Source: the human T2T-CHM13v2.0 reference genome, Homo sapiens. Taken from it: a stretch of DNA of 64,000 nucleotides. Below, piece by piece: positions 1 to 15,000 of the stretch (the stretch's first letter is position 1; every line of letters starts with the position of its first letter). The stretch lies in assembly GCF_009914755.1 (NCBI RefSeq), contig NC_060936.1. One strand, written 5' to 3'. The notes beneath the pieces are model-generated. The model made no database searches, had not been told where the DNA came from, and worked only from the letters and a program-made list of their open reading frames with translations. The translations under genes and the position numbers were made by a program.

Positions 1-3000
1 TGTGGTCCCAAATATCCCTTCACAGATTCTACAAAAACACAGTTTCCAAACTGCTGAATGAAAAGAAAGATTTAACTCTGGGAGATGAATGCACACATCA
101 CAAAGCGGTTTCTGATGTAGCTTCCTTCTAGTTTCATCTATATATTTTTTTCACCATAGGCCTCAATTTGCTCCCAAATATCCTTTCGTAGATTCTATAA
201 AAACTGTGATTCCAAGCTGCTGAATGAAAAGAAAGGTTTAACTCTGTGAGATAAATGCACATTTCACAAAGAGGTTTCTCACATAGCTCTTTCAAAACAG
301 CTGAATGAAAAGAAAGGTTTCACTCCTTGAAATTAATGCACACATCACTAAGCGGTTACTCAAGTAAATTCCTTCAAGTTTTTATCCTGGGATATTGGCT
401 ATGTCGCCATTGCCCTCAATGAGCTCCAAAATGTCCATTTGCAGAATGGAGAAAAACAATTTTTCCAAACTGCTGAATGAAAAGAAATGTTTCACTCTGC
501 AAAATGAATGCTCACATCACAAAGCAATTTCCCTGTTAGCTTCCTTCTAGTTTTTATCCTGGGATATTCTCTTATTCACCATTGGCCTCAAAGAGCTCCC
601 AGTTGTCCATTCGCAGAATGGACAAAAAGAGTGCCTCCAAACTACTGAATCAAAAGAAAGGATTAGCTCTGTGAGATAAATTCACACATCAAAAAGCAGT
701 TTCTCAGAAAGCTTCTTTCTGATTTTTATCTGAAGATATTTCTTTTTCACCATAGTCCTCAATGGGGACAGAAATATCCCTTAGCAGATTCTGCAATGTA
801 GTGTTTCCAAATTGCTGAATGAAAAGGAAGGTTTAACTCTGTGAGATGAATGCACAAGTCACAATGTGGTTTCTCAGATAGCTACCTTCTAGTTTTTATC
901 CTGGCATATTTGCTCTTTTGCCATTGGCCTCAATGATCTGCCAAATGTCCATTTTCAGAATATACAAAAACAGTGTTAACAAACTGCTGAATCAAAGGAA
1001 ATATTTAACTCTGTGAGATGAATGTTCACATAAAAAAGCAGTTTCTCAGAAATCTTCCTAGTTTTTATCTGAAGATTTTTTTTTCTCCATAGGACCCAAT
1101 GCGCTCCCAAATATCCTTTGAGATACTACAAAAACAGTGATTTCAAACTGCTGAATATAAAGAAACATTTAACTCTGCGAGATGAATGCACACATCACAA
1201 AGAAGTTTCTCAGATAGCTTCCTTCTAGTTTCTATCTTGGGATATTCACTTTTCTGCCATTGGCCTCAATGACCTCCAAAATGTTCATTCACAGAATAGA
1301 CAAAAACAATGTTTCCAAAGTGCTGAATCAAAGGAAAGTTTATCTCAGTGAGATGAATGCACACATCACAAAGCAGTATGTCACAAAACTTCTTTCTAGT
1401 TTTTATCTGAAGATATTCTCTATTTCACCATAGGCCTAAAAGCACTCCCAAACATCCCTTCTCAGATTCTGCAAAAACGGTGTTTCCAAACTGCAGAATC
1501 AAAAGAAAGGTTTAACTCTGTGAGATGAATGTACACGTGACAAAGCAATTTCTCACAAATCTTTCTACTTTTTATCTGATGTTATTTACTTTTTCACTAT
1601 AGGCCAAAATATGCTGCCAAATATCCCTTGGCAGATTCTACAAAAACAGTGTTTCCAAACTGCTGAATGAAAGGATGGTTTAACTCTGCAAGATGAATGT
1701 GCACATCACAAAGTGGATTCTGAGATAGCTTCCTTCCAGTTTTTATCCTGGGATATTCGCTTTTATGCCATTTGCCTCATTAACCTCTGAAATATCCCTT
1801 CAAAGATTGTACAAAAACAGTGTTTCCAAACAGGTTTCACTCTGTGAGGTGAAAGCACACATTACAAAGTGGTTTCTCAGATAGCTTCGTCCTGTTTTTT
1901 TTCCGAGAATATTTGCTTTTTCTTCATTGGCCTCAATCAGCTCCCAAATATCCCTGTGCAGATTCTACAAAACTGTCTTTTCAAATTGCTTAATGAAAAA
2001 AGCACTTTATCTCTGAGATGAATGTACACATCACAAAGTAATTTATCTGAAAGCTTCTTTCTAGTTTTTATGTGAAGACATTTTATTCTTCACCATAGGC
2101 CTCATTGCTCTCCAAAATATCCCTTCAAAAATTCTTCAAAAACAGTGTTTCCAAACTGCTGAATGAAAAGAAAGTATTAACTCAACGAGATGAATACTCA
2201 CACCACAAAGCGGTTTCCCCAGATAGCTTCCTTCTAGTTTTTTTCCTGGGATATTCGCCTTTTCACTGTTGGCTTCAATGAGCTCCCAAATATCCCTTCA
2301 CAAATACTACAAATAAAGTGTCTCCAAATTGCTGAATGAAAAGAACTGTTTAACTATGTGAATTGAATGCACACATCACAATGTGGTTTCTCAGATAGCA
2401 TCCTTGTGATTTTTATCTGTAGATATTTTGTATTTCACCACAGGACTGAATGCACTCCCAAATATCCCTTCTGAGATTGTACAAACACAGTGTTTCCAAA
2501 CCTCTAAATGAAAGACAAGTTTCAAATCTGCAAAATGAATGCACACATCACAAAGAAGTTAACCAGATAACTTCCTTTTAGATTTAATCAAGCGATACTT
2601 GCTTTTTTGCAATTGGCCTCAATGAGATCACAAATGTCAATTCAAAGAATGGACAAAAACAGTGTTTCCAGACTGCTGAAACAAAAGAAAGGTTGAACTC
2701 TGTGAGGTGAATGTACACATCACAAACCAGTTTCTCAGAAAGCTTCTTTCTATTTTTAATCTGAATATATTTTGTTTTTCACCATAGGCCTCAGTGTGCT
2801 CCCAAATATCCCTTCGCAGATTCTACAAAAACAGTGCTACCAAACTCCTAATGAAAAAGAAGGTTTAACTCCGTGAGCCAAGTGCACACATCACAAAGAA
2901 GTTTCTCAGATAGCTTCCTTCTAGATTTTTACCTGGGATATTCCGTTTTTTGCCATTGGTCAAAATGAGCTCCCAAATGTCCATTCGCAGATTCTACAAA

Positions 3001-6000
3001 GACAGTGTTTCCGAACTGCTGAATGAAAAGAAAGGCTTAACTCTGGGAGTAGAATGCACACATTACAAAGTGGTTTCTGATATAGTTTCCTTCTACTTTT
3101 TATCCACATTTTCGTTTTCCCCATAGGCCTCAATTCACTCCCAAATATCCCTTCACAGATTCTACAAAAACTGTGTTTCCAAACTGCTGAATGAAACGAA
3201 AGGTTTAACTCTGCGAGATCAATGCACATATCAAAAAGTGGTTTCTCAGATAGCTGTTTCAAAACAGCTGGATGAAAAGAAAGATTTCACTCTTTGAAAT
3301 GAATGCACACATCACAAAGTAGCTTCTCAGGTAAATTCCTTCAAGTTTTTATTCGGGATATTGGCTTTGTCGCCATTGCCCTCAATGAGCTCCAAAATTG
3401 CTCTTCACAGAATGGACAAAAACAGTTTTTCCAAACTGCTGAATGAAAAGAAAGGTTTCACTCAGCGCAATGAATACTCACATCACAACGGGTTTCTCTG
3501 ATTGCTTCATTTTGTCTTTTATCCTGTGGTACTCACTTATTCGCCATTTCCTCAATGAGCTCCCAGGTGTCCATTCACAGAATGGATAAAAAGAGTGCCT
3601 CCAAACTACTGAATAAAAAGAAAGGATTAACTCAGTGAGATGAGTGCACATATCACAAAACTCTGTCTCAGAAATCTTCTTTCTAGTTTTTATCCGAAGA
3701 TGATTTCTTTTTCAACATAGGGATAAATGCTCTCCAGAATACCCCTTCACAGATTCTAAAAAAACAGTGTTTCCAAACTACTAAATGAAAAGAAAAGTTT
3801 AACTCTGTGAGATGAATGCAAACATCTCAAATCTGTTTCACAGATAGCTGCCTTCTAGTTTTATCCTGGGATATTAACTTTTTTGACTTTGGCCTCAATG
3901 AGCTCACAAATGTCCATTCACAGAATGAACATGCTGAATCAAAAAAAAGTTTTAACTCTGTGAGACGAAAGCATACACTACAAACTAGTTTCTCAGAAGC
4001 TTCTTTGTAGTTTTTATCTGAAGATATTTCCTTTTTCAACATAGACCTCCCTGTGCTCCCCATTATTCTTTTGAATTCTACAAAAACAATGTTTCCAAAC
4101 TACAGAATAAAAAGTGCAGTTTAACTTGGTGGGATGAATGCGCACATCACAAAGCAGTTTCTCAGAGAGCTTCCTTCTAGTTTTTTCCTGGGATATTCGC
4201 TTTCTCACCATTGGGCTCATTGAGTTCCCAAATGTCCACTCACAGAATGGACAAAAACAATGTTTCCAAACTGTTCAATCAAAAGAAAGTTTAACTGTGT
4301 GAGATGGATGCACACATCACAAGGCAGTTTTCAGAAAGCATCTTAATAGTTTTTATCTGAAGATAATTTCTTTTGCAAAATAGGCCTCAAATTGCTTACA
4401 AATATCCCTTCAGATTCTGCAAAATCAGTTTCCAAATCGCTGAATGAAAAGAAAATTTTAATCCTGTGAGATGAATGCACACATCAAAAAGCATTTCCTC
4501 AGATTGAATCCTTCTATTTTTAACCTGGGATATTCTCGTTTTCACCATTGGTCCCAATGGGATCCCAAATGTCCATTAGCATAATGGATAAAAAGAGTGT
4601 TTCAAATGGCTGAATCAAAAGAAAGGTTTAACTCTCTGAGATGAATGCACACATCACAAAGTAGTTTCTCAGAAAGCTTCTTTCTAGTTTTTATCTGAAG
4701 ATATTTTCCTTTTCACCATATGCCTCAATGCACTCCCAAATATCAATTCGCAGATTTTACAAAATCAGTGTCTCCAAACTGCTGAATCAAATCAAAAGTT
4801 TAACTCTATGAGATGAATGCACACATCACAAAGCAGTTTCTTATAAAGATTCTTTCTGGTTATTATCCGAAGATATGTTATTTTTCAACATAGTCCTCGA
4901 TGCACTCCCAAATATCATTTTGCAGTTTCTACAAAAACGGTGTTTCCACACTGCTGAATGAAAAGAAAATTTTAAGTCTGTGAGACAGATGCACATATCA
5001 CAAAGCAGTTTCTCAGATAGTTTCCTTCTAGATTTTATCTTCAGATAGTTGCTTTTTCACCACTGGCCTCAATGAGCTCCCAAATGTCCATTTGGAGAAT
5101 GGATAAAAACAGTGTTTCCAAACTGCTGAATCAAAATAAATGTTGAACTCTGTGAGAGGAATGCACAAACCTAATAGCAGTTTCTCAGAAATCTTCCTTC
5201 TAGTTTTTATCTAAAAATATTTTGTTTTTCACAGTAAGCCTCAGTGCGCTCCCAAATATATATTTGCACTTTGTACAGAAGCAGTGTTTCCAAACTGCTG
5301 AATGAGAAGAATGTTTTAACTCTGTGAGATGAATGTGCACATTACAATGCGGTTTCTCAGATACCTTCCTTCTAGTTTTTATGCTGGGATATTGGTGTTT
5401 TTGCCTTGACCTCAACGTTCTCACAAATTTCCATTTGCAGAATGGACAAAAACAGTGTTTCCAAACTGATGAATCAAAAGAAATGTTGAAATCTGTGAGA
5501 TGAATACACATATCACAAAAAAGTTTCTCAGATAGCATCTTTCCAGTTTTTATCTGAAGTTATTTTCTTTTTCTCCATTGGCCTCAATGTGCTCCCAAAT
5601 ATCTCTTCAAAGATTGTACAAAAACAGTGTTTCCAAGCTGTTGAAGGAAAATAAAATTTTAACTTTGTGAGATGGATGCACACATCACAAAGGAGTTTCT
5701 CAGATAACTTCCTTCTAGTTTTTATCCTGGGATATTCACTTTATTGCCATTGCTCTCAATGAGCTCCAAAATGTTCATTTGCAGAATGAGGAAAAACAGA
5801 ATTTCCAAACTGCTGAATGAAAAGAAAGTTTTAACTCTGTGAGATGAATGCACACATCACAAAGTAATTTCTCAGAAAGATTATAGTTTTTATCTGAAGA
5901 CAATTTCTTTTTCACAGTAGACCTCAAAACTCTCCAAAATATCCCTTCATAGATTCTACAAAACCAGTTTTTCCAAACTGATGAATCAATAGGAAGTTTT

Positions 6001-9000
6001 AACTCTGTGAGATGAACGCACAGATAACAAAGCAATTTATCAGAAAGCTTCTTTCTTTTTTTTTCTAAAGATATTTGGTTTTTCATCATCAGTCTCAATA
6101 TGCTCCCAAATATGTTTCACAGATTCTACAAAGACAGTGTTTCCAAACTGGTGAATGAAAGGAAAGTATTATTACCTCTTTGAGATAAATGCACACATCA
6201 CAAGCTGTTTTTCAGATAACTTCCTTCTAGTTTTTATAATGGGATATTCACTTTTTCATCATTGGCCTCAATGAAATCCCAAATGTCCATCCACAGAATG
6301 CACAAAAACAGTGTTTCCAAACTGCCTAATCAAATGAAATGTTTAACTCTGTGAGATAAATGCACACATTAGAAAGTGGTTTCTCAGTAATCTTCTTTTT
6401 AGTTTTTATCTGAAGATATTTCTTTATTACCACCGGCCTCAATGCACTCCGAAATATAGCTTTGCCGATTGTACAAAGACAGTGTTTCCGAAAAGCTGAA
6501 TGAAAATAAATGTCTCACTCTGGAAAATGAATGCACACATCACAAAGTGATTTCCCAGATATCTTCCTTCTTGTTTTTACCCTGGGATATTTGCTTATTC
6601 ACCATTGGCCTCAATGAGCCCCCAAATGTCCATTCACAGAACTGTGTTTCCAAACTGCTGAATAAAAACAATGTTTAACTCTGTGAGATGAATGCACACA
6701 TCACAAAGCCGTTTCTTAGAAAGTTTCTTTCTAATTTTTATCTGAAGATATTTTCTTTATCAAAATAGACCTTAATGCTCTCCCAAATATCCCTTCAGAG
6801 ATTCTACAGAAACAGTGTTTCCAAACTGCTGAATGAAAGGAAAGTTTTAACTCTGCAAGTTGAATGTACACATCACAAATCTGACTCTCAGATAGCTTCC
6901 TTCTAATTTTTATCCTAGGATATTCACTTTTTCATTTTTGGCCACAATGAGTTCTCAAATGTCTGTTCACAGAATGGAGAAAAACAGGGTTTCCAAACTG
7001 CTGAATCAAAAGAAAAGTTTAACTTTGTGAGATGAATGCACACTTCACGAAGCAGTTTCTCATAAAGTTTCCTTCTAGTTTTTATCTGAAGATGTTTCCT
7101 TTTTCACCGTTGATGTCAATGAACTCACGAATATCCCTTCATAGATCCTAGAAATACAGTGTTTCCAAACTGATGAACGAAAAGAAATGTTTAACTCTGC
7201 AGGATGGATGCACACATCACAAAGTGGTTTATCAGGTAGCTTCCTTCTAGTTTTTATTGTGGGATATTCATTTTTTCACCATTGACCTCCAAGCACTCCC
7301 AAATATCTCTTCGAAGATTCCACAAACACAGTGTTTCCAAACTGCTGAATTTAAAACAATATTTAACTCTGAGAGATGAATCCACACATCACAAAGTGGT
7401 TTCTCTAATAGCTTCCTTCTACTTCTTATCCTGGGATATTCACTTTTTCACCATTGGCCTTGATGAGCTCCCAGATGTCCATTCACAGAAAGGTCAAAAA
7501 CAATGTTTCCAAATTGCTGAATCCAAAGAAAGGTTTAACTCTGTGACATAAACGCAGATATCACAAAGCACATTCGCAGAAAGTTTCTTTCTATTTTTTA
7601 TCTGAATGGGATTCCTTTTTCACCATGGGCCTGAATGCATTCCCAAATATGCCTTCACAGATTCTACAAAAACAGTGTTTCCAAACTACTGAATGAAAAG
7701 AAAGGTTTAACTCTGCGAGGTGAAAGCACACATCACAAATTGGTTTCTCAGAGAGCTTCCTTCTAGTTTTTATGCTGGAATACTCCCTTCTTTGCCATTT
7801 GCCTCAATGAGCTCCTAAATGTCCATTCACAGAATGCACAAAAACAGTGTTTCCACCTGCTGAACCCAAGAAAAGGTTTATCTCTGTGAGGTGAATGCAA
7901 ACATCACTAAGCAGTTTCTCAGAAAGCTTCTTTCTAGTTTTTATCTGAAGATGTTTCCTTTTTCACCATAGTCCTCAATTCTCTCCGAAATAACAAATGG
8001 CAGATCTGACAAAAACTGTTTTTCAAAACTCCTGAGTGAAAAAAAAGGTTTTACTCTGCTAGATGAATGCACACATCACAAGGCAGTTTCTCAGAGAATT
8101 TCTTCCTTGTTTTATGCTGGGATATTCGGTTTTTCACCATTGACCTCAATGTGCTCCCAAATGTCCATTCGCAGAATGGACAAAAACAGTGTTTCCAAAC
8201 TGCTGAATGTAAAGAAAATTTTAATCCTGTGAGATGAATGCACAGATCACAAATCAGTTTCTCAGAAAGCTTTCTTCTAGTTTTTAGCCTGGGATATTCA
8301 CTTCTTTGCCATTGGCCTAGAAGGGCTGCCAAATATCCATTCACAGAATGGACAAAAATAGTGTTCCCTAAGTGCTGAATAAAAAGTAAGGTTTAACACT
8401 TTGAGATGAATGCACACATCACAAGCAGTTTCTCAGAAACTTCTTTGTAGTTTTTATCTGAATTGTTTCCATTTTGACCATAGGCCCCAATGTGCTCTCA
8501 GATATCCCTTCACAGATTCTACAAAAGCAGTGTTTTCAACCTGCTGAATGAAAAGAAAGTTTTAGCTCTATGCAATGAATGCACACCTCACAAAGTGGTT
8601 TCTCAGTGGTTTCTTCTAGTTTTTATCCTGGCTTATTCACTTTTTTGCCATTGGCCTCAATGAGCTTCCAAATGTCCATTTGCAGAATGGACATTCTGCA
8701 GTTTCCAAACTGCTGTATTAAAAGAAGGGTTTAACTCTGCAAGATGAATACACACATCATAAATGGTTTCTCAGATAGCTTCCTTCTAGTTGTAAACCTG
8801 GGAAATTTACATTTTCACCATTGGCCTCAATGCTCTCCCAAATGTCCATTTGCTGAATTAACAAAAACAGTGTTTCCAACATGCTGAATAAAAAGAAAGG
8901 TTTAACTCTGTGATTTGAATGCACACATCACAACAGTTTCTCAGAAAGTTTATTTCTAGTTTTTATCTGAAGTTGTTTCATTTTTCACCACAGGCCTCAA

Positions 9001-12000
9001 TGTGCTCCCAAGTATCCCCTTGCAGATTCTACAAAAACAGTGTTTCCAAACTGCTGAATGAAAAGAAAGTTTTACATCTGTGAGATGAATACACACATCA
9101 CCTAGCAGTTTCTAAGATACCTTCCTTCAATTTATTATGCTGAGATATTCACTTTTTCACCTTTAGCCTGAATGAGCTCCCAAATGGCAATTCGCAGAAT
9201 GGACAAAAACTGTTTCCAAACTGCTGAATCCAAAGAAAGTTTTAACTCTGGGAGATGAATGCACATATCACAAAGCAGCTCCTAAGAAATCTTCTTCCTA
9301 GTTTTTACACTGGGATAATCCTTTTTTGCCAATGGCCTGAAAAAGCTCCCAAATATCCACTCATAGAATGGACAAAAACAGTGTTTCCAAATTGCTGAAA
9401 CAAAAGAAAGTTTAAACACTGTGAGATGAATGCATACATCACAAAGCAGTTTCTCAGAAAGATTCTTGTTTTTTTCTGAAGATATTCCCTTTTCTGAAGA
9501 TATTTCCCTTTCCACCATAGGCCTCAATGTGCTCCCAAATATCCTTTTACAGCTTCTACAAAAACAGTTTTTACAAACTGCCGAATGAAAGGAAATGTTT
9601 AACTCAGTGAGATGAATGCACACGTCACAAAGCGGTTTCTATGATAGCTTCCTTCTTGTTTTTATCTTGGGATATTCTCTCTTTCACCATTGGCCTCAAT
9701 GAGCTCAAAAATTTCCATTTGCAGAGTGGACAAAAAGACTGTTTCCAAACTGCTTAATCCAAAGGAAGATTTAACTCTTTGAGATGAATGCACACATTAC
9801 AAAGCAGTTTCTCAGAAAGCTTATTTCTTGTCTTTATCTGAAGATGTTTCCTTTTTCACCATAGGCCTTATTGTGCTTCAAAATATCCCTTCACAGATTC
9901 TAAAAAAACAGTGTTTCCAGACTGCTGAAAGAAAAGCATGTTTTATCTTTGTGAGGTGAATGCACACATCACAAAGTGGTTTCTCAGAGAGCTTCCTTCT
10001 AATTTTTATCTTGTGATATTCGCTTTTTCACCATTGGCCTCAATGAGCTCTCAAATATCCATTGGCAGAATGGAAAAAAACGATGTTTCCAAAGTGCTGA
10101 ATCCAAATAAAGTTTTAACTCTGTGAGATGAAAGTGCACATCAAAATTCAGTTTATTAGAAAGCTTATTTCTGTTTTTATCTGAAGAAGTTTCCTTTTTC
10201 ACCATAGGCCTCCATGCGCTCCCAAATATCCCTTCAAGGATTCAAGAAAAACAGGTTTTCCAAACTGCTGAGAGGAAAGAAATGATTAAATCTGTGAGAT
10301 GAATGCACACATCACAAAGCAGTTTCTCACCAAGCTTCTTTCTAGTTTTTATCTGCAGATGTCTCCTTTTTCACTGGTTGCATCAATGTTAAAGTCTGTA
10401 AGATGAATGTACACGTGACAACGGGGTTTCTCTGGTAGCTTCCTTCTAGTTTGTTTCCTGGGATATTCACTTTTTCTCCATTGACCTCGACATACTCTCA
10501 AATGTCCATTCACAGAGTCGACAAAAACAGTGTTTCCAAATTGCTGAATCAAAAGAAAGGTTTAAATCTGTGAGATGAATGCACAAATCACAAAGTAGTT
10601 TCTCAGAAAGTTTCTTTCAAGTTTTTATCTTTATTTATTTCCTTTTTCACCATAGGCCTCAATGGTCTCCCAAATACCCCTTTGCAGATTTTACAAAAAC
10701 AGTGTTTACAAACTGCTGAAAGAAAAGCAAATTTTAACTCTATGAGATGAATGCACACATCACAAAGCAGTTTCTCACAATGCTTCATTCTTGATTTTAT
10801 CTGAATATGTTTCCTTTTTCACCATAGGCCTCAATGGTCTCCCAAATATCCCTTTGCATAATTTACAAAAACAGTGTTTCCAAACTGCTGAAAGAAAAGC
10901 AAATTTTAACTCTGTGAGATGAATGCGCACATCACAAAGTAGTTTCTCACAATGCTTCATTCTTGTTTTTATCTGAAGATGTTTCCTTTTTCACCACAGG
11001 CCTCCATGCACTCCAATATCCCTTTGCAGTTTCTACGAAAACAGTGTTTCCAAAATGCTGCATGAAAAGAAAGGATTAAATCTGTGAGATGAAAGCAGAC
11101 ATCACAAAGCAGTTTCTCAGACAGCTTCCTTCTAGTTTTTATATGGGTTATTCACTTTTTCACCACTGGTCTCAATGACCTCCAATATGTCCATTCACAG
11201 AAAGGACAAAAAGAGTGTTTCCAAACTGCTGAATCCAAACAATAGTTTAATTCAGGTAGATAAATGCACACATCACAAAGCAGTTTCTGGGAAAGCTTCT
11301 TTCTAGTTTTTATCTGAAGATATTTTGTTTTTCACCACAGACCTCAATGTGCTCTCAAATACCCCTAAGCAGAATATACAAAAACAGTGTTTCTAAACGG
11401 CTGAATGGAAAGAAATGTTTAACTATACGAGATGAATTCACACATCACAAAGCATTTTCTTAGATAACTTCCTACTATTTTTTATGCTGCAATATTCTGT
11501 TTTTTGCCATTGGCTTCAATGAGCGCCCAAATGTCAATTCACAGAATGGACAAAACCAGTACTTCTAAACTGCTGAATAAAAAGGGTTTTAATTCTGTGA
11601 GATGAATGAACATATCATGAAAGAGTTTCTCAGAAAGTTTCTTTCTAGTTTTTATCTGCAGATATTTTCTTTTTCACCACAGGCCTCAATGCCCTCCAAA
11701 ATATCCTATCGTAGATTCTACAAAAACAGTATTTCCAAACTGATGAAGGAAAAGAAAGGTTTAACACTGCGAGATGAATGCACATGTTACAAAGTGGTTT
11801 CTCATATAACTTTGCGCAAGATTTTATCGTCAGATATTTGCTTTTTCACCATTGGCCTCAATGAGATCCGAAATGCCCATTCGCAGAATGGACAAAAACA
11901 GTGTTTCTAAACTGCTGTATCAAAAGAAACTTTGAACTCTGTGAGATCAATGAACACATCTCACAGCAGTTTCTCAGAAAGCTTCTTTCTAGTTTTTATC

Positions 12001-15000
12001 TGAAGATATTTTGTTTTCCTCTGTAGGGCTCTTTTCACTCCCAAATATACCCTTGCAGTTTCTACAAAAACAGTGTTTTGAACATGCTGAATTCAAAGAA
12101 AGGATTAACATCAAAAAGTGGTTTCTTAGATTGCTTCCCTCTAGATTTTATCTTGGGATATTCGCTTTTTCTCCGTAGGCCTCAATGAGCTCCCAAAAGC
12201 CCATTTGCAGAATGGACAAAAGCCATGTTTCCAAACTGCTGAATGAAACGAAAGGTTTAACTCTGAGATTAATGCACACATCACAAAACCATTTCTCATA
12301 AAGCTTCTTTCTAGTTTACATCTGAAGATGTTTTCTTTTTCACCATAGGCCTAAATGCACTCCCAAATATCCCTTTACAGATTCTAGAAAAAACAGTGTT
12401 TCTAAACTGCTGAATCAAAATAAAGGTTTAACTCTGAGATGAATGCACACATTACAAAGCAGCTTCACAGAAAGCTTCTTTCTAATTTTTATCTGCAAAT
12501 ATTTTCTTTTTCATTATTGGCCTCAGTATGCTCCCACATACTCCTTCACATATTCTAGAAAGACAGTGTTTCCAAACTGCTGAATCAAAAGAAATATAGA
12601 CCTCTGTGAGATGAAAGCACACATCACAAAACAGTTTCTCAGTTTGCTTCGTTTCACTTTTTATCCTGGGATATTCCCTTTTTGCCATTGGCCTAAATGA
12701 GCTCCCAAATATCCATTCACAGAATGGACCAAAACAGTGTTTCCAAACTACTGAATGAAAAGAAAGATTTAACTATGTGAGATTAATGCACACAACACAA
12801 AGCAGCTTCACAGAAAGCTTCTTTCTAATTTTTATCTGAAGATATTTTCTTTTCCATCATAGGCCTCAATGTGCTCCCAAATATTCCTTCACATATTCCA
12901 GAAAGACAGTGTTTCCAAACTGCTGGATCAAAAGAAATGTAGACCTCTGCAAGATAAATGCATGCATCACAAGACAGTTTCTCAGTTAGCTTCCTTTCAT
13001 TTTTTTTCTTGGGATATTCCCTTTTCATCATTGGCCTAAATGAGCTCCCAAATGTCCATTCACAGAATGGACCAAAACAGTGTTTCCAAACTACTGAATG
13101 AAAAGAAAGGTTTAACTCTGAGATTAATGCACACATCACAAAAGAGTTTCTCAGAAATCTTCTTTCTAGAATACATCTGAATATCTTTTTTTTTTTTACC
13201 TTAGGCTTAAATATGCTCCCCAATATCCCTTCACAGATTCTAGAAAAACAGTGTTTCTAAACTGCTGGATCACAGGAAAGTTTTAACTCTGTGAAATGAC
13301 AGCACACATCACAAAGCAACTTCACAGAAAGCTTCTTTCTAATTTTTATCTGAAGATATTTTCTTTTTCATCATAGGCCTCAATGAGCTCCCAAATATCC
13401 CTTTGCATATTCTACAAAAACAATGTTTCTGAACTGCTGAATCAGAAGAAACGTTGGCCTCTGCAAGATGAATGCACACATCATAAAACGGTTTCCATAT
13501 AGCTTTCCTTAATTTTTTATCCTGGGATATTCTCTTTTCACCATTGGCCTAAATGAGCTCCCAAATGTCCATTCACAGAATGGACCAAAACAGTGTTTCC
13601 AAACTACTGAATTAAGAGAAAGTTTGAACACTGTGAGATGAATGCACACACATAAAAGTACTTTCTCAGAAAGTCTCTTTCTAATTTTTATCTGAATATA
13701 CTTTGTTTTTCACTGTATGCTGCATTGTACTCCCAAATATACCTTCGCAGATTCTACAAAAACAGTGTTTCCAAACTTCTGAATTGAAAGTAAGGATTAA
13801 CTCTGCAAGACAAATGAACAATCACAAAGCAGTTTCTCATAAAGCTACTTTCTAGGGTTTATCTGAATATTTTCTTTTTCACCATATACCTCAATGTACC
13901 CTAAAATATCCCTTCACAGATTCTCCAAAAACAGTGTTTCCAAACAGCTGAATGAAAAGAAAGTTTTCACTCTGTGAGATGAATGCATGCATTAGAAAGT
14001 GGTTTCTCAGATAGCTTTCTTCTAGTATTTATCCTGGGATATTCTCTTTTTCACTATGGGCCTTAATGACCTCCAACTGTCCATTGTAGAATGGTCAAAA
14101 ATAGTTTTCAAAGTGCTGAAAAAAAGAATTCTTTACATCTGGGAGATTAATGCACACATTGCAAAACATTTCTCAGCAAGCTTCTTTCTACTTTTTATCT
14201 GAGTATATTTTGTTTTTCACCATAAGTGTCAATGTGCTTCCAAGTATCCCTTCACAGATTATATAAAAACAGTGTTTCCAAACTTCTGAATCCAAAGAAA
14301 GGATTAACTCTGTGAGATCAATGCACATATTTCATAGATTTTCTCAGAAAGTTCCTTTCTATTTGATATCTGAAGATATTTTGTTTTTCAAGTAGACTTC
14401 ATTGTGCTCCCAAATATACCTTCACAGATTCTGCAAAAACAGTGTTTCAAAACTGCAGAATTCAAAGAAAAGTTTAACTCTGTGAGACGAATACACAAGA
14501 CAAAAAGCATTTTCTCAGATAGATTCCTTCTCATTTTTATCCTGGGATATTTGCTTTTATGCCATTGGCCTCAATGGGCTCCAAAATGTCCATTAGCAGA
14601 GTGGAAAAAAACAGCGTTTCCAAACTGCTAAGTCAAAACTAAGGTTTAACTCTGTGAGACAAATGCACACATCACAAAGCAGTTTCTCAGAAAGCTTGTT
14701 TCTAGTTTTTATCTGAAGATATTTTCTTTTTCTCCAAAGGCCTGAATGGGCTAGCAAATATCCCTTCACAGATTCTACAGAAACAATTTTACCAAACTGC
14801 TGAGTGAAAAGAATGGTTTGACTCTGTTAGATGAATTCACACATCACAAAATGGTTACTCAGATACCTTCCTTCTAGTTTTATCCTGTGATATTTCCTTT
14901 TTCACAATTGGCTTCAATGAGTTCCCAAATATCCATTCGCAGAATCGACAAAAACAGTGTTTCCAAACTGCTGAATCAACAGAAATTTTAACTCTGTGGA

